A DNA stretch of 64,000 nt from a virus (taxonomy: Duplodnaviria > Heunggongvirae > Uroviricota > Caudoviricetes): positions 192,445 through 256,444 of IMG/VR virus record IMGVR_UViG_3300012346_000380; one strand, 5' to 3'. Position numbers and translations under genes: made by a program. Of the stretch, positions 49,413 through 58,287 are shown piece by piece; position 1 is the first letter of the stretch; each line of letters begins with the position of its first letter. Under the pieces are notes generated by a model. That model worked only from the letters and a program-made list of their open reading frames with translations, had not been told where the DNA came from and made no database searches.

Positions 49413-49955
49413 TTATCTTTCTAACTTTTTAATACATTCATTGACTTTATCTCTAAGTCTACCACCGTAACCATGATCTCCATCAACTTGAACGTGTCTC
49501 CACATTGGCTCTCTTGGTGTCATCCATTTAAAAGCTTCACTTAAATTTAAATCATCAATTGCGATCCAATTCGAAACCTTATTATCTTTGACCCATTTTA
49601 AAATTTGTGTTGCTCTTTCAAAATCAATTGAAGGCTTACTCATTTTATTCCATGCGCCTGTTTGATATGCATTTTGATGCGTTGTAATATCAATGATATT
49701 AGCTGTGATTCCATAGTATTGAAATATGTGCTTTAATTGAATAAAGCTAAAATGCATTTTCCAATCTGAACTAATAACTAATTCTGCATCGGTTTCATCA
49801 CATATTTTTTGTAAAGCTTCACAGTCTTCTTTAACCCAAGGATATGGAATTTGAAATTCAAAATGTGATCCTTCTCTGATAGTAACTTTACCATCATCCC
49901 ATGTTGCCCAAGCCAATGGACCATCTACATCAATAAAAATTACTTTCTTTTTCAT
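49413..49955 (-). CDS. HAD phosphatase, Swiss-army-knife RNA-repair type
   Basis: FIDVDGPL, VISSDW, WIAIDD. Confidence 0.75.
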   Translation of the reverse strand: MKKKVIFIDVDGPLAWATWDDGKVTIREGSHFEFQIPYPWVKEDCEALQKICDETDAELVISSDWKMHFSFIQLKHIFQYYGITANIIDITTHQNAYQTGAWNKMSKPSIDFERATQILKWVKDNKVSNWIAIDDLNLSEAFKWMTPREPMWRHVQVDGDHGYGGRLRDKVNECIKKLER

Positions 49956-50027
49956 ATTATATATTTTATAATCTTATGCGTCAATTGTTTCATCAAGATA
50001 TATAGTCTATCAAAAAAATCACTAAAT

Positions 50028-50858
50028 ATGTCTACTAATACACCATTTGCATATAATCCTGGTTCTAATATATCAGGCACTCAAAAGATTGGTAATATCT
50101 CTTTTGGAACTCCTGATTCTGGCTTTCAAAATTCATCATTAAAATGGTGGAACGGTCCAGATGAAGATTTAGGTTATGTTATAACTAAACCAGATCCAGA
50201 AGGTTTGCACATCGGTGGTGATGAAACGATTGCTTATTTAGGCTTTAGAAGATCTGATTCAAAAACAGAAGCTTCATTCGTTGAATTAGCTAATAATATG
50301 TTTAATCAAAATTTTACAACAGGTAATGCTGCTAAAACATGGTTAAATGATAATGGCTATTGGACCTCTTGGGTTACCTCATCTTCTAGTGGAAACTCAT
50401 TCAATCTTGGTGATTATAAATTAGCTGCTCAATATACGCCAGCACAAAACAATGGTGATATTACATTTCCAGCACATCCATTAGTCAGTGGTCAGGGTTT
50501 AGGTATTACTAATCCTAATTTAGTTGGAACAGCTGATTCAAATTACAAATATCAATTATACATTAATGCAAACGATACTAACGGTAATGATAGATCATCT
50601 GTTTTAGATCAATTAATCGGCAACGCAGGTACATTAACATTAACACAAGGCAGTAATTCAGTAACATATAATTTTACAAATCAAGCATTTAACCATACTA
50701 ATGTTGGTCCTAGTACTCCTTACTTTTACGATTCACAATTTGGAACAGGTGGTCCAAACGTAGGCGCTTCACCTTTAGGTTCATTAACTGTACTTTCAGC
50801 TGCTACTTCTGATTTTAATACTAGTGATCCAATTTCAATTTCAATTACAACTGTTTAA
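50028..50858 (+). CDS. Probable virion structural protein (S/T/N/G-rich)
   Basis: Composition; GATATATA upstream. Confidence 0.55.
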   Translation: MSTNTPFAYNPGSNISGTQKIGNISFGTPDSGFQNSSLKWWNGPDEDLGYVITKPDPEGLHIGGDETIAYLGFRRSDSKTEASFVELANNMFNQNFTTGNAAKTWLNDNGYWTSWVTSSSSGNSFNLGDYKLAAQYTPAQNNGDITFPAHPLVSGQGLGITNPNLVGTADSNYKYQLYINANDTNGNDRSSVLDQLIGNAGTLTLTQGSNSVTYNFTNQAFNHTNVGPSTPYFYDSQFGTGGPNVGASPLGSLTVLSAATSDFNTSDPISISITTV

Positions 50859-50859
50859 G

Positions 50860-50944
50860 CGGAAGCTACAGGATTCGAACCTGTGGGACCGTGAAGTCCA
50901 CATCTTTAGCAAAGATGCACAATAGACCACTCTGACAAACTTCC
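50860..50944 (-). tRNA. tRNA-Ser(GCT)
   Basis: Long variable arm; TT GCT AA. Confidence 0.9.
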
Positions 50945-50946
50945 AA

Positions 50947-51603
50947 TTACATTTTACGTCCTAACTTCCAACCTTCTGGAATTAAGTCTCCTTTGTGTAT
51001 TTTCTTACTCTCAATACCATTTGTTATCCAGCATTTTCCATACTGAGAATTGTTTTCTCCTTTTTGTTTAGAAGAATTAGCTTTGCCAATTTTTCTTTTA
51101 GTTTCTTCTGAATGTGTTTTACCAGACCAATTACAAAATTCACCTAATTTTCTTCTACCTTCTTTATATGCTAAAAGATTTCCATTAGATACTTTTTTTG
51201 AAAAATTATTTCGCCAATTTTCATCAGTTTCTCTTAATTGTTTCATTTTAGAATTACCTTTTATACCTCTTTTACTCTGTAATATACCATCTTTATTATA
51301 TTGATCCCATCCACCTTCACCACCTAACATGAGATTCATGCATAATTCTTCATTTATCAATTCCGCATCAACTATTTCTTTTTCTCTAGCCTTTAAAGAA
51401 TTTCTGTCAGGTAAGAATTCTAATATTTCGCAAATATGATTTTCTTTACCATGTTTATTAATTGAATGCCAAAGTCTTTTACCTGAACCAACATAACCAT
51501 CTTCTATGTTGTCTGTTGAATGCATTCCAATATAAAACCTTTTATTAATAATACATGTTGTTTTATAAATGTAATGATATTTTCTTCTTGATGCTCTTTC
51601 CAT
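50947..51603 (-). mobile_element. Free-standing GIY-YIG homing endonuclease (Seg-like) with NUMOD3
   Basis: YIYKTT...FYIGMH...YVGSG; GKTHSEETKRKI. Confidence 0.88.
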
Positions 51604-51662
51604 GGATATTTAGATGTTTTTATAATCTATATATCCATGGAAAGTGGCAAAAAGGTTCGCAG

Positions 51663-51736
51663 GGTGATTAATGGGGCTCGAACCCATACTAGCAGAATCA
51701 CAATCTGACGTGCTAACCATTAACACTATAACCACC
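51663..51736 (-). tRNA. tRNA-His(GTG), G-1 genomically encoded
   Basis: G-GTGGTTA...TT GTG AT. Confidence 0.9.
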
Positions 51737-51745
51737 ATATAATTG

Positions 51746-51826
51746 TAACCTAGGAGAGACTCGAACTCTCACGTCTTTCGACACTGGTTTCTAAGACCAG
51801 CGTGGTTACCATTACACCACTAGGCT
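51746..51826 (-). tRNA. tRNA-Leu(TAG)
   Basis: CTGGT CT TAG AA ACCAG; long variable arm. Confidence 0.9.
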
Positions 51827-51938
51827 ATAAAGCCAATCCCGTAGATTGGCAGCTCAACTTTAGGTATTGAGTTTGCAAGAATAAATCTCTGACCAGTGCA
51901 TGCGTCCTTTGGGCGCCGCAATTAATATGTATATGAAA

Positions 51939-52601
51939 CTAATTAAATTTTATCTTTCTACCATAACACCAACCTTGAACCAAATAAGATTGAATGTGTT
52001 CTTTTTGAATTTTAATAGATTGTTTTATTTCATCGTTGAAAATCCAACAAGTTCCAAATTGAGAATTTTTAGAACCTTTACCGGTACCTTTTCGAGACTC
52101 ACTCATTTTTATTTTAGTTTCTTCTGAGTGTTTTAATCCAGAAAAAGTTAACAACTGATTATCGTGTATTCCTTGTTCGTGTCTTTTTTTAGCAGCATTT
52201 GAACATTTTTTACTAAAATCTTTAGCATATTGTTCATTTTTTAATTTTTCGCGAAAGGAATTTCTACTGTTTTTAGCAGCTTTCAACATGTGTTCTTTCG
52301 AAATAAAACCGCCGCCACCACCGATTTGAAGATTCATACACATTTTGTCTTCTATAAGTTCTTCATTAACTATTTCTTTTTCTCTAGCCTTTAAAGAAAT
52401 TCTATCTGGTAAGAATTCTAATATTTCACAAACATGATTTTCTTTACCGTATTTGTTAATTGAGTGCCATAGTCTTTTACCTGAACCCACGTAACTATCA
52501 TTTAAATTACATGTTGAATGCATTCCAATATAAAACTTATTTGTAATAATACATGTTGTTTTATAAATATAATGATATTTTCTTCTTGATGCTCTTTCCA
52601 C
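51939..52601 (-). mobile_element. Second free-standing GIY-YIG homing endonuclease, paralogue
   Basis: Near-identical N-terminal half; GLKHSEETKIKMS. Confidence 0.88.
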
Positions 52602-52660
52602 GGATATTTAGATATTTTTATAATCTATATATCCATAGAAAGTGGCAAAAAGTTTCACGG

Positions 52661-52735
52661 TGCTTTCTACAGGATTCGAACCTGTGACCCTCTGCGTGTA
52701 AAGCAGATGCTCTGAACCAACTGAGCTAAGAAAGC
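52661..52735 (-). tRNA. tRNA-Val(TAC)
   Basis: Cloverleaf; TT TAC AC. Confidence 0.92.
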
Positions 52736-52841
52736 ATGGAGCTTCATGTAGTTCACAACTAATAATCATATTGGATTATTCATTTACGTCTGCAACAGCT
52801 TTTAACTGAGAGATTGCAGAATTGTGCATGAAGCATTTAAT

Positions 52842-52920
52842 TTGGAGCAAAGATAGGATTCGAACCTATAACCTAATCTGGCCACATTGCCAGTTGCACG
52901 TCCAATTGTGCTTCAAAGCT
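52842..52920 (-). ncRNA. Aberrant tRNA-like RNA
   Basis: D and T arms, CCA end, mismatched acceptor, non-standard anticodon loop. Confidence 0.55.
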
Positions 52921-52929
52921 CATATAACT

Positions 52930-52979
52930 TGGGAAATGGTAGGATTCGAACCTACGTGACCACCATTGTCTCATTTCCC
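52930..52979 (-). ncRNA. 50-nt mini tRNA-like RNA lacking anticodon arm
   Basis: GGGAAATG/CATTTCCC, GAC-AATGGTG-GTC, GTAGG-TTCGAAT-CCTAC. Confidence 0.65.
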
Positions 52980-52984
52980 GTTCG

Positions 52985-53058
52985 TGACCCCGGCTGGATT
53001 CGAACCAGCGACCCCCTGATTAAAAGTCAGGTGCATCTACCAACTGAGCTACGAAGTC
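52985..53058 (-). tRNA. tRNA-Lys(TTT)
   Basis: CT TTT AA. Confidence 0.92.
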
Positions 53059-53164
53059 TGGTGGAAGCTAATCGCGTTTTTTTAAATAGAACCGGAGCTA
53101 CCATTAAAACTATTACAAGGATATTCTTATGCGCTATTAAGGACTCTCTTGTGCTTCCTTTCTG

Positions 53165-53290
53165 TGACTGTAAGGGGATTCGAACCATGATGATTACTAA
53201 CTCGCGACACTTTCATCATCTTTCATTAACCTAGTCATTAGACGTCTGATTTACCGGCAGACCTAGTTTTACCATTACTAGTATACAGTC
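53165..53290 (-). ncRNA. Expanded tRNA-like RNA
   Basis: GACTGTA/TACAGTC acceptor, D arm, 9-nt anticodon loop, long variable region, T loop. Confidence 0.55.
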
Positions 53291-53295
53291 ATTTG

Positions 53296-53369
53296 TTGCG
53301 ACAATTGGATTTGAACCAATGTCTGTGCCTTATGAGAGCACCGTAAGAAACCATCTCTACCATATCGCA
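53296..53369 (-). tRNA. tRNA-Met(CAT)
   Basis: CT CAT AA; T loop TTCAAAT. Confidence 0.8.
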
Positions 53370-53375
53370 ATATTG

Positions 53376-53447
53376 TGATTCCTGAATGATTCGAACATTC
53401 AATGCTCGGTTCGTAGCCGAGAGGTTTATCCGTTAGCCTAAAGAATC
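53376..53447 (-). tRNA. tRNA-Arg(ACG)
   Basis: CTCGG CT ACG AA CCGAG. Confidence 0.85.
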
Positions 53448-53510
53448 AATGCATCCCGTTACTCGTGCACGAGCCATGGCATTACGGGATCGATGTTATT
53501 CCATATTCTG

Positions 53511-53584
53511 TGGACCAGGCTGGGCTCGAACCAACGACCTACTGATTATGAGTCAGGCGCTCTAACCAACTGAGCTACAAGTCC
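53511..53584 (-). tRNA. tRNA-CAT, probably Ile2 (lysidine type)
   Basis: GGACTTGTAGCTCAGTTGGTTAGAGC...CT CAT AA. Confidence 0.8.
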
Positions 53585-53779
53585 ATTAATAATAAGTTGT
53601 TCCAGACCATACTATTAGGAACTATTAGGGCTTCTCGGACGAGGTGCACAACCCAACTGGTTATGATATGTTCTCTGTTACTTGGCTTCCACCTAGATTG
53701 GAATTAATACACGGGTTTCGAACCCACCTAATCAACGTATGCCTACATTAACTTTCACAGCACATCAACTTATTATTTG

Positions 53780-53850
53780 CACAAATGGAGAGATTCGAAC
53801 TCCCATCAACGGTTTTGGAGACCGGCATGCTACCATTGCACCACACTTGT
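53780..53850 (-). tRNA. tRNA-Trp(CCA)
   Basis: CT CCA AA. Confidence 0.9.
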
Positions 53851-53979
53851 AAATTTGACTACTACTTAGACTCTTCCGTTCCGTAATAGTAGTCCAAGGC
53901 GTCACGCACCCATCTGATAACTTTAATTCTCTTGAGTCCGGACAAGCGCTTGTCAACTCTGGGGTTGTTTCCTTGTTTG

Positions 53980-54060
53980 TGGGAGTGGAGGGATTCGAAC
54001 CCCCAATGTCGAAAGACCACGGATTTACAGTCCGCTAAGCAACCGTTGCTCAACACTCCC
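53980..54060 (-). tRNA. tRNA-Tyr(GTA)
   Basis: CT GTA AA; long variable arm. Confidence 0.9.
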
Positions 54061-54131
54061 AGTTCCAATTTTGATGGGCTCATCTGATAATATGTTTCAA
54101 TTACCCAGCACTTGAGATTGGGAACTCCTTG

Positions 54132-54203
54132 CTGGCCCGGCAGGAATCGAACCTGCATAAGATGATTAACAGTCATCCGTAATAACCCTTATACGACAGG
54201 CCA
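54132..54203 (-). tRNA. tRNA-Asn(GTT), second copy
   Basis: GATGA CT GTT AA TCATC. Confidence 0.88.
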
Positions 54204-54270
54204 ATTTGCCTCATGTGAGGCCACGTATCAATTCCATTAATACTACTCATGGAAACTAGATTGAATCTAG

Positions 54271-54861
54271 TGGTCACGACAGGATTCGAACCTGCAATTT
54301 CCAAAGAATAGAAGTATCTCGAGTTCGTTCTATTCCCTTTGAGGAAGTGTCACCTTTTACACCACGCAACCAATATTAGTGTCTTTACATGGGATTCGAA
54401 CCCATAATCTTCCGGACTAATAAAACCGGCGTTCCTAGCCAATATTAAACTACGTAAAGCAATCAATTAAAATTACAGAAATTAGTGACGTCAAATCTCT
54501 TTAAGCTATGTGTAATCTTAATCGTTAGGAAGATCTTGCTGATCAGGCATCTTCTTTGCTGATTAGAATGGATTCGAACCATAATCCTGAGCTCCAGTAA
54601 CGGTCTCCGTGCGCCTTTACACCATAATCAATCGTCAGTTTCGAACCTGACAGTTCTAAGTTAATTACTCTTAGAATTTGTAATTATGATTGGATTCGAA
54701 CCAATTTCAGCTTTGCCATAAAGAGTCGATTTCAACTCAACCTTGGGGAGGTGCCGCCAACCAATGGCCTCATAATTATTTGTTGCGATTAAAGGACTCG
54801 AACCTCTGTTGGGTATATCTACCGATACGGCTCATGAGACCGTCAATGCACCTGCATCGCA
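54271..54861 (-). ncRNA. Five aberrant tRNA-like RNAs (54271-54371, 54381-54460, 54559-54630, 54681-54778, 54783-54861)
   Basis: Each has acceptor-like stem and GGTTCGA(A/G)TCC T arm but a non-canonical anticodon or D arm. Confidence 0.6.
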
Positions 54862-55170
54862 ATATCGTGAAGTGAATGGATTCGAACCATTTGTCTGTAC
54901 TTGTACGACTTTAACCAGACCACTCCTAGAGCTGCAGCTCTGTTATAACGTATGCATCAACCTCTAAATGCTTTCCCTTTGACTATTACGGATGTGGACT
55001 CGAACCACATTATTTCAGTTACCTATGCGTTTTACTTTAAGCTGCCTTATTACTAAGGTTTCGAAGCGCATCTTTGATTAGGGAGCGACCCTATCTCTAA
55101 CGTCTTAAAGTAATTTTAAATAACTTCATCCATCCGGCACTTTCGGCCCTTACGATACCTCGTTATTTTG

Positions 55171-55242
55171 AGCAGATGGAGAGAATCGAACTCTCATCTT
55201 CAGATTGGAAGTCTGAAGTAATGACCATTATACGACATCTGC
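55171..55242 (-). tRNA. tRNA-Gly(TCC)
   Basis: CT TCC AA. Confidence 0.92.
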
Positions 55243-55267
55243 ATTTTTACCAATATTTCAAATAACG

Positions 55268-55445
55268 TTTGTTTTAATTTGTTATGTAAATATATTAAAA
55301 ACTTTTGATATAAAAAAATATTTTAGCAATTATTTTTAGAAAGTTATTAACAATTTATTTCTTCATCTAATCTTTGTTGTTTTAATTAGATATGTAAATA
55401 TACCAAAAACTTTTGATATAAAAAAATATTTTAGCAATTATTTTC
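55268..55445 (-). promoter_or_regulatory. Two tandem class 1 promoters upstream of the main tRNA array
   Basis: Duplicated gtaaatata...aaaacttttgatataaaaaaatattttagcaattatttt. Confidence 0.7.
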
Positions 55446-55625
55446 ATCAATTAATTCAATTTCTTTCACTATGCCTGCTCCAAACCTTTCTGCGTTGATA
55501 CAAAATAAAACGCTAGCTTCTGAAACTGCTTTAATTATATCTTCAATTGAATCTGTGTTTGCAATTGTTTCTATACCTAATAAAGGTATCTTAATAATGT
55601 TTTCCATTTTGTGTTTTATTTTTAG

Positions 55626-55698
55626 TGGGCCCTCAAGGAATCGAACCTTGTCCTCTAGTTCTTCAGACTAGCGTACGCACCAGCTATACCAAAGGCCC
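55626..55698 (-). tRNA. tRNA-Phe(GAA)
   Basis: CTAGT CT GAA GA ACTAG. Confidence 0.9.
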
Positions 55699-55703
55699 CT
55701 TAG

Positions 55704-55773
55704 AGTATAAGGTCGGAATCGAACCAACTCCGTGAGATTTGCAGTCCCACTGGCCTCCAAGACCAACTTATAC
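55704..55773 (-). tRNA. tRNA-Cys(GCA)
   Basis: CT GCA AA. Confidence 0.85.
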
Positions 55774-55806
55774 ATTTTACCAATATGTCAAAGAACCATT
55801 TTTTGT

Positions 55807-55881
55807 CTGGTAGGCAAGATTCGAACTTGCGTGCTCTAGCGTCCAAGGCCAGCGAGATAAACCTGACTCCTCTACTACCAG
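55807..55881 (-). tRNA. tRNA-Pro(TGG)
   Basis: CT TGG AC. Confidence 0.88.
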
Positions 55882-55890
55882 TTATTATAA

Positions 55891-55918
55891 AATAAAAAAG
55901 CCCGATAAAATCGGGCTC
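55891..55918 (-). terminator. Terminator hairpin directly upstream of tRNA-Pro
   Basis: AGCCCGAT-TTT-ATCGGGCT-TTTTT. Confidence 0.75.
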
Positions 55919-55948
55919 CTTTTTAAAATCTTGTATGAATATAACTTA

Positions 55949-56056
55949 CTAATTCATATTACAATTAACATTGAGCCCTTGCATGCGATCACATACCATC
56001 GGTTTATTACTAAACTGATAATTATTCTCTATAATATGTAGCCCTTGCTGTTTCAT
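55949..56056 (-). CDS. Putative 35-aa leader peptide
   Basis: Manual translation MKQQGLHIIENNYQFSNKPMVCDRMQGLNVNCNMN*; between class 2 promoter and terminator. Confidence 0.45.
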   Translation of the reverse strand: MKQQGLHIIENNYQFSNKPMVCDRMQGLNVNCNMN

Positions 56057-56128
56057 TGTTGTTTTAATTTTAATTATACTATATATACCCAATATATTCA
56101 AAAAGTTTCACTTTTTTTAAACTTTTTT

Positions 56129-56602
56129 TTAAAAATCTGGATTTGTAATCTTTAAATCATAATCTGTAAATCCAATAAACTGATTATCATCTGCTTGTAT
56201 TCTTCTTTCGATTGAGTCTTGATTATCATTTCTTTCACTTAATCTTTGTAATCTAGTCTCTTTGTCAATATCTAAGTAAATTACGAAACATTTTGCTCTT
56301 GATTCTGGAGATAATAAAGCTAATCCTTCTACGTTTAAGATCATAGCATCACAATCTTCAAAAACGTCTTTGGTCATGCCATAATACCAACCATTAAATT
56401 CTTGATATTCTACAAATTCATTGTTTGCAATTCTTTGTTCAAACTCTTCTCTTGAGATAAACAAATAATCTTTACCATCGACTTCGCCTTCTCGAGGTTG
56501 TCTAGATGTATAACTAACACCGTATTTTGCACCTCTTTCTATAAAACGCTTTCTAAGATAATCTTTTCCTGCGGCACCTTTGCCTAATAAAACTATTTTC
56601 AT
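56129..56602 (-). CDS. gmk: Guanylate kinase
   Basis: GKGAAGKD, SYTSRQPREGEVDGKDYLF, EFNGWYYG. Confidence 0.9.
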   Translation of the reverse strand: MKIVLLGKGAAGKDYLRKRFIERGAKYGVSYTSRQPREGEVDGKDYLFISREEFEQRIANNEFVEYQEFNGWYYGMTKDVFEDCDAMILNVEGLALLSPESRAKCFVIYLDIDKETRLQRLSERNDNQDSIERRIQADDNQFIGFTDYDLKITNPDF

Positions 56603-56607
56603 ATAAG

Positions 56608-57015
56608 TTATTTTACTGTTGTATCTAAACTTTGTGAAATGTTTCTTAAAAGATCTAATTCATTTTTAAACATTTCCTTTTCCATTTTAACTCTATCATT
56701 TTCAATTCTACGACGAACTTTATCAATAAGAGGTTTCATTTGTTCGCTGTGGAATTGACGAACGAGATAAAATTTGTGGTTTGTGATTTTGATAGATTCA
56801 TCGCTTAAAACGATAAAATACTCATTAGCCCTATTTTCAATGTAATACCTATTATGATGTACTTCGATAGGCGTCATTAAAAATTTAGAATCCTGTTTAG
56901 AACACATCTTAGTTACAATTTCATGTAACAATTTCTGTTCATCATCAAGTGGTTTAACATTTCTGTTTTTGTACTTGACTTTTAATTTCAAATAAGTTCT
57001 CTTAATAATATTCAT
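56608..57015 (-). CDS. Hypothetical early protein
   Basis: After class 1 promoter at about 57022-57090. Confidence 0.6.
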   Translation of the reverse strand: MNIIKRTYLKLKVKYKNRNVKPLDDEQKLLHEIVTKMCSKQDSKFLMTPIEVHHNRYYIENRANEYFIVLSDESIKITNHKFYLVRQFHSEQMKPLIDKVRRRIENDRVKMEKEMFKNELDLLRNISQSLDTTVK

Positions 57016-57092
57016 ACTTTATGTTTTTAATTATGTAGTAAATATACAACTAATTATTGACATAAAAAAATATTTAAGTAATTATTTTTAAA

Positions 57093-57503
57093 TTATTTTA
57101 CAGTTTGTGCTATTAAGGTCTTGTATTTAGTGGTGGACCAACCATGTGAACGATCTAAGAAATGAACTGGAATATTTAATTTGTCACCGGTGTAAGGTTT
57201 GTCTATATAATCATCGCCTAAAAATCTAACATCTGGATTAACCCACTCTATTAAATCTAAAAGATCTTCTTCTGTTTCATAAACCAACACTTCGCGGATT
57301 TGTCTTAATGAAAGTAAAATGTCCATGCGTTCGTTAACACTTAAAATAGGTTTTAGCTTTTCAGGTCTTTCAATAGAAGGATCTGAATGTAAAAGTACTA
57401 CTAGATTTTCACAATTTTTGGCACATTCATTAAACATATAAATGTAACCAGGATGGATAACATCGAAGTTTCCGGCTATTATGCCAATATTATACTTTTT
57501 CAT
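57093..57503 (-). CDS. Cytidylyltransferase (TagD/RfaE-like)
   Basis: GNFDVIHPGY, ER...L, GDDY, WSTT. Confidence 0.85.
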   Translation of the reverse strand: MKKYNIGIIAGNFDVIHPGYIYMFNECAKNCENLVVLLHSDPSIERPEKLKPILSVNERMDILLSLRQIREVLVYETEEDLLDLIEWVNPDVRFLGDDYIDKPYTGDKLNIPVHFLDRSHGWSTTKYKTLIAQTVK

Positions 57504-57507
57504 TTAA

Positions 57508-58287
57508 CTATTTTGTATTATATGGATTAGACTCAGGCCATGTTTTGTTAATATGATCCATGATACAATCTACCATTTTAGCATTACCTAATTCTCCAGG
57601 ATGACCATCGCCTTCGTGCCAGTTTGGAACGTCTTTGTAGTTTAAATCATGGCCAACTGCATAGCCTTTATTACCCCAGCAAAATAAACTTAAAGCTATA
57701 TTTTCATGTGGGTTTTTAATATTATCGTATTGATTCTTTTCTGGCAATGGGAATAATGGAATATGATAATGGTGATCTGGGTGAATAACCTCTTCCCATG
57801 TTTTATCTAAGAATAAGATTATAAAATGAATACCTATCTTTTCTTCTAGAAATTTAAGAGTATTCCAAACTCTCCAGTAATTCCAAAACATTTGATCATG
57901 TAACCATGTATTTGCAAAATCAAAAAGCAACATGAATTCTTCATCTGATTTATTAACATGTCCTACCTTTCTGTGCCAGTTAAATCCATCTAAAGTATCT
58001 TCCATGGTTCTTTTGTTCATCATCGCAGTTGTCATATAATATCCATTAGGTGTTACGCCCAATCTGTTATGATCTGTGAATTGAAAAACAACCAAGTCAT
58101 CCTTTTTAAAATCTTTCATTGCAAAACTTAAACGATGAAATGCTTCATTAAATTCAGAAGCTCCTGTTCCCCATGAATCATAAGGTACTTCATATTTTCT
58201 TGCAAGAATATTTAACCAAAACATATTTTCTGGTACTAATTGTCTTGTGCTAAATGAACACCCAAATGAATGAATTTTACCTCTCAT
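57508..58287 (-). CDS. SGNH-hydrolase-like protein
   Basis: FGCSFS...DGHPGELGN. Confidence 0.55.
   Translation of the reverse strand: MRGKIHSFGCSFSTRQLVPENMFWLNILARKYEVPYDSWGTGASEFNEAFHRLSFAMKDFKKDDLVVFQFTDHNRLGVTPNGYYMTTAMMNKRTMEDTLDGFNWHRKVGHVNKSDEEFMLLFDFANTWLHDQMFWNYWRVWNTLKFLEEKIGIHFIILFLDKTWEEVIHPDHHYHIPLFPLPEKNQYDNIKNPHENIALSLFCWGNKGYAVGHDLNYKDVPNWHEGDGHPGELGNAKMVDCIMDHINKTWPESNPYNTK

Noticed and set aside
54867-55165. tmRNA
   Set aside because: No GGGG 5' end, no G3:U70-type alanine acceptor and no recognisable tag peptide
52887-55671. Short ORFs across the tRNA regions (also 16283-16471, 16724-16948, 17498-17683, 49220-49432)
   Set aside because: They overlap tRNA or ncRNA genes; GC-rich RNA creates spurious frames
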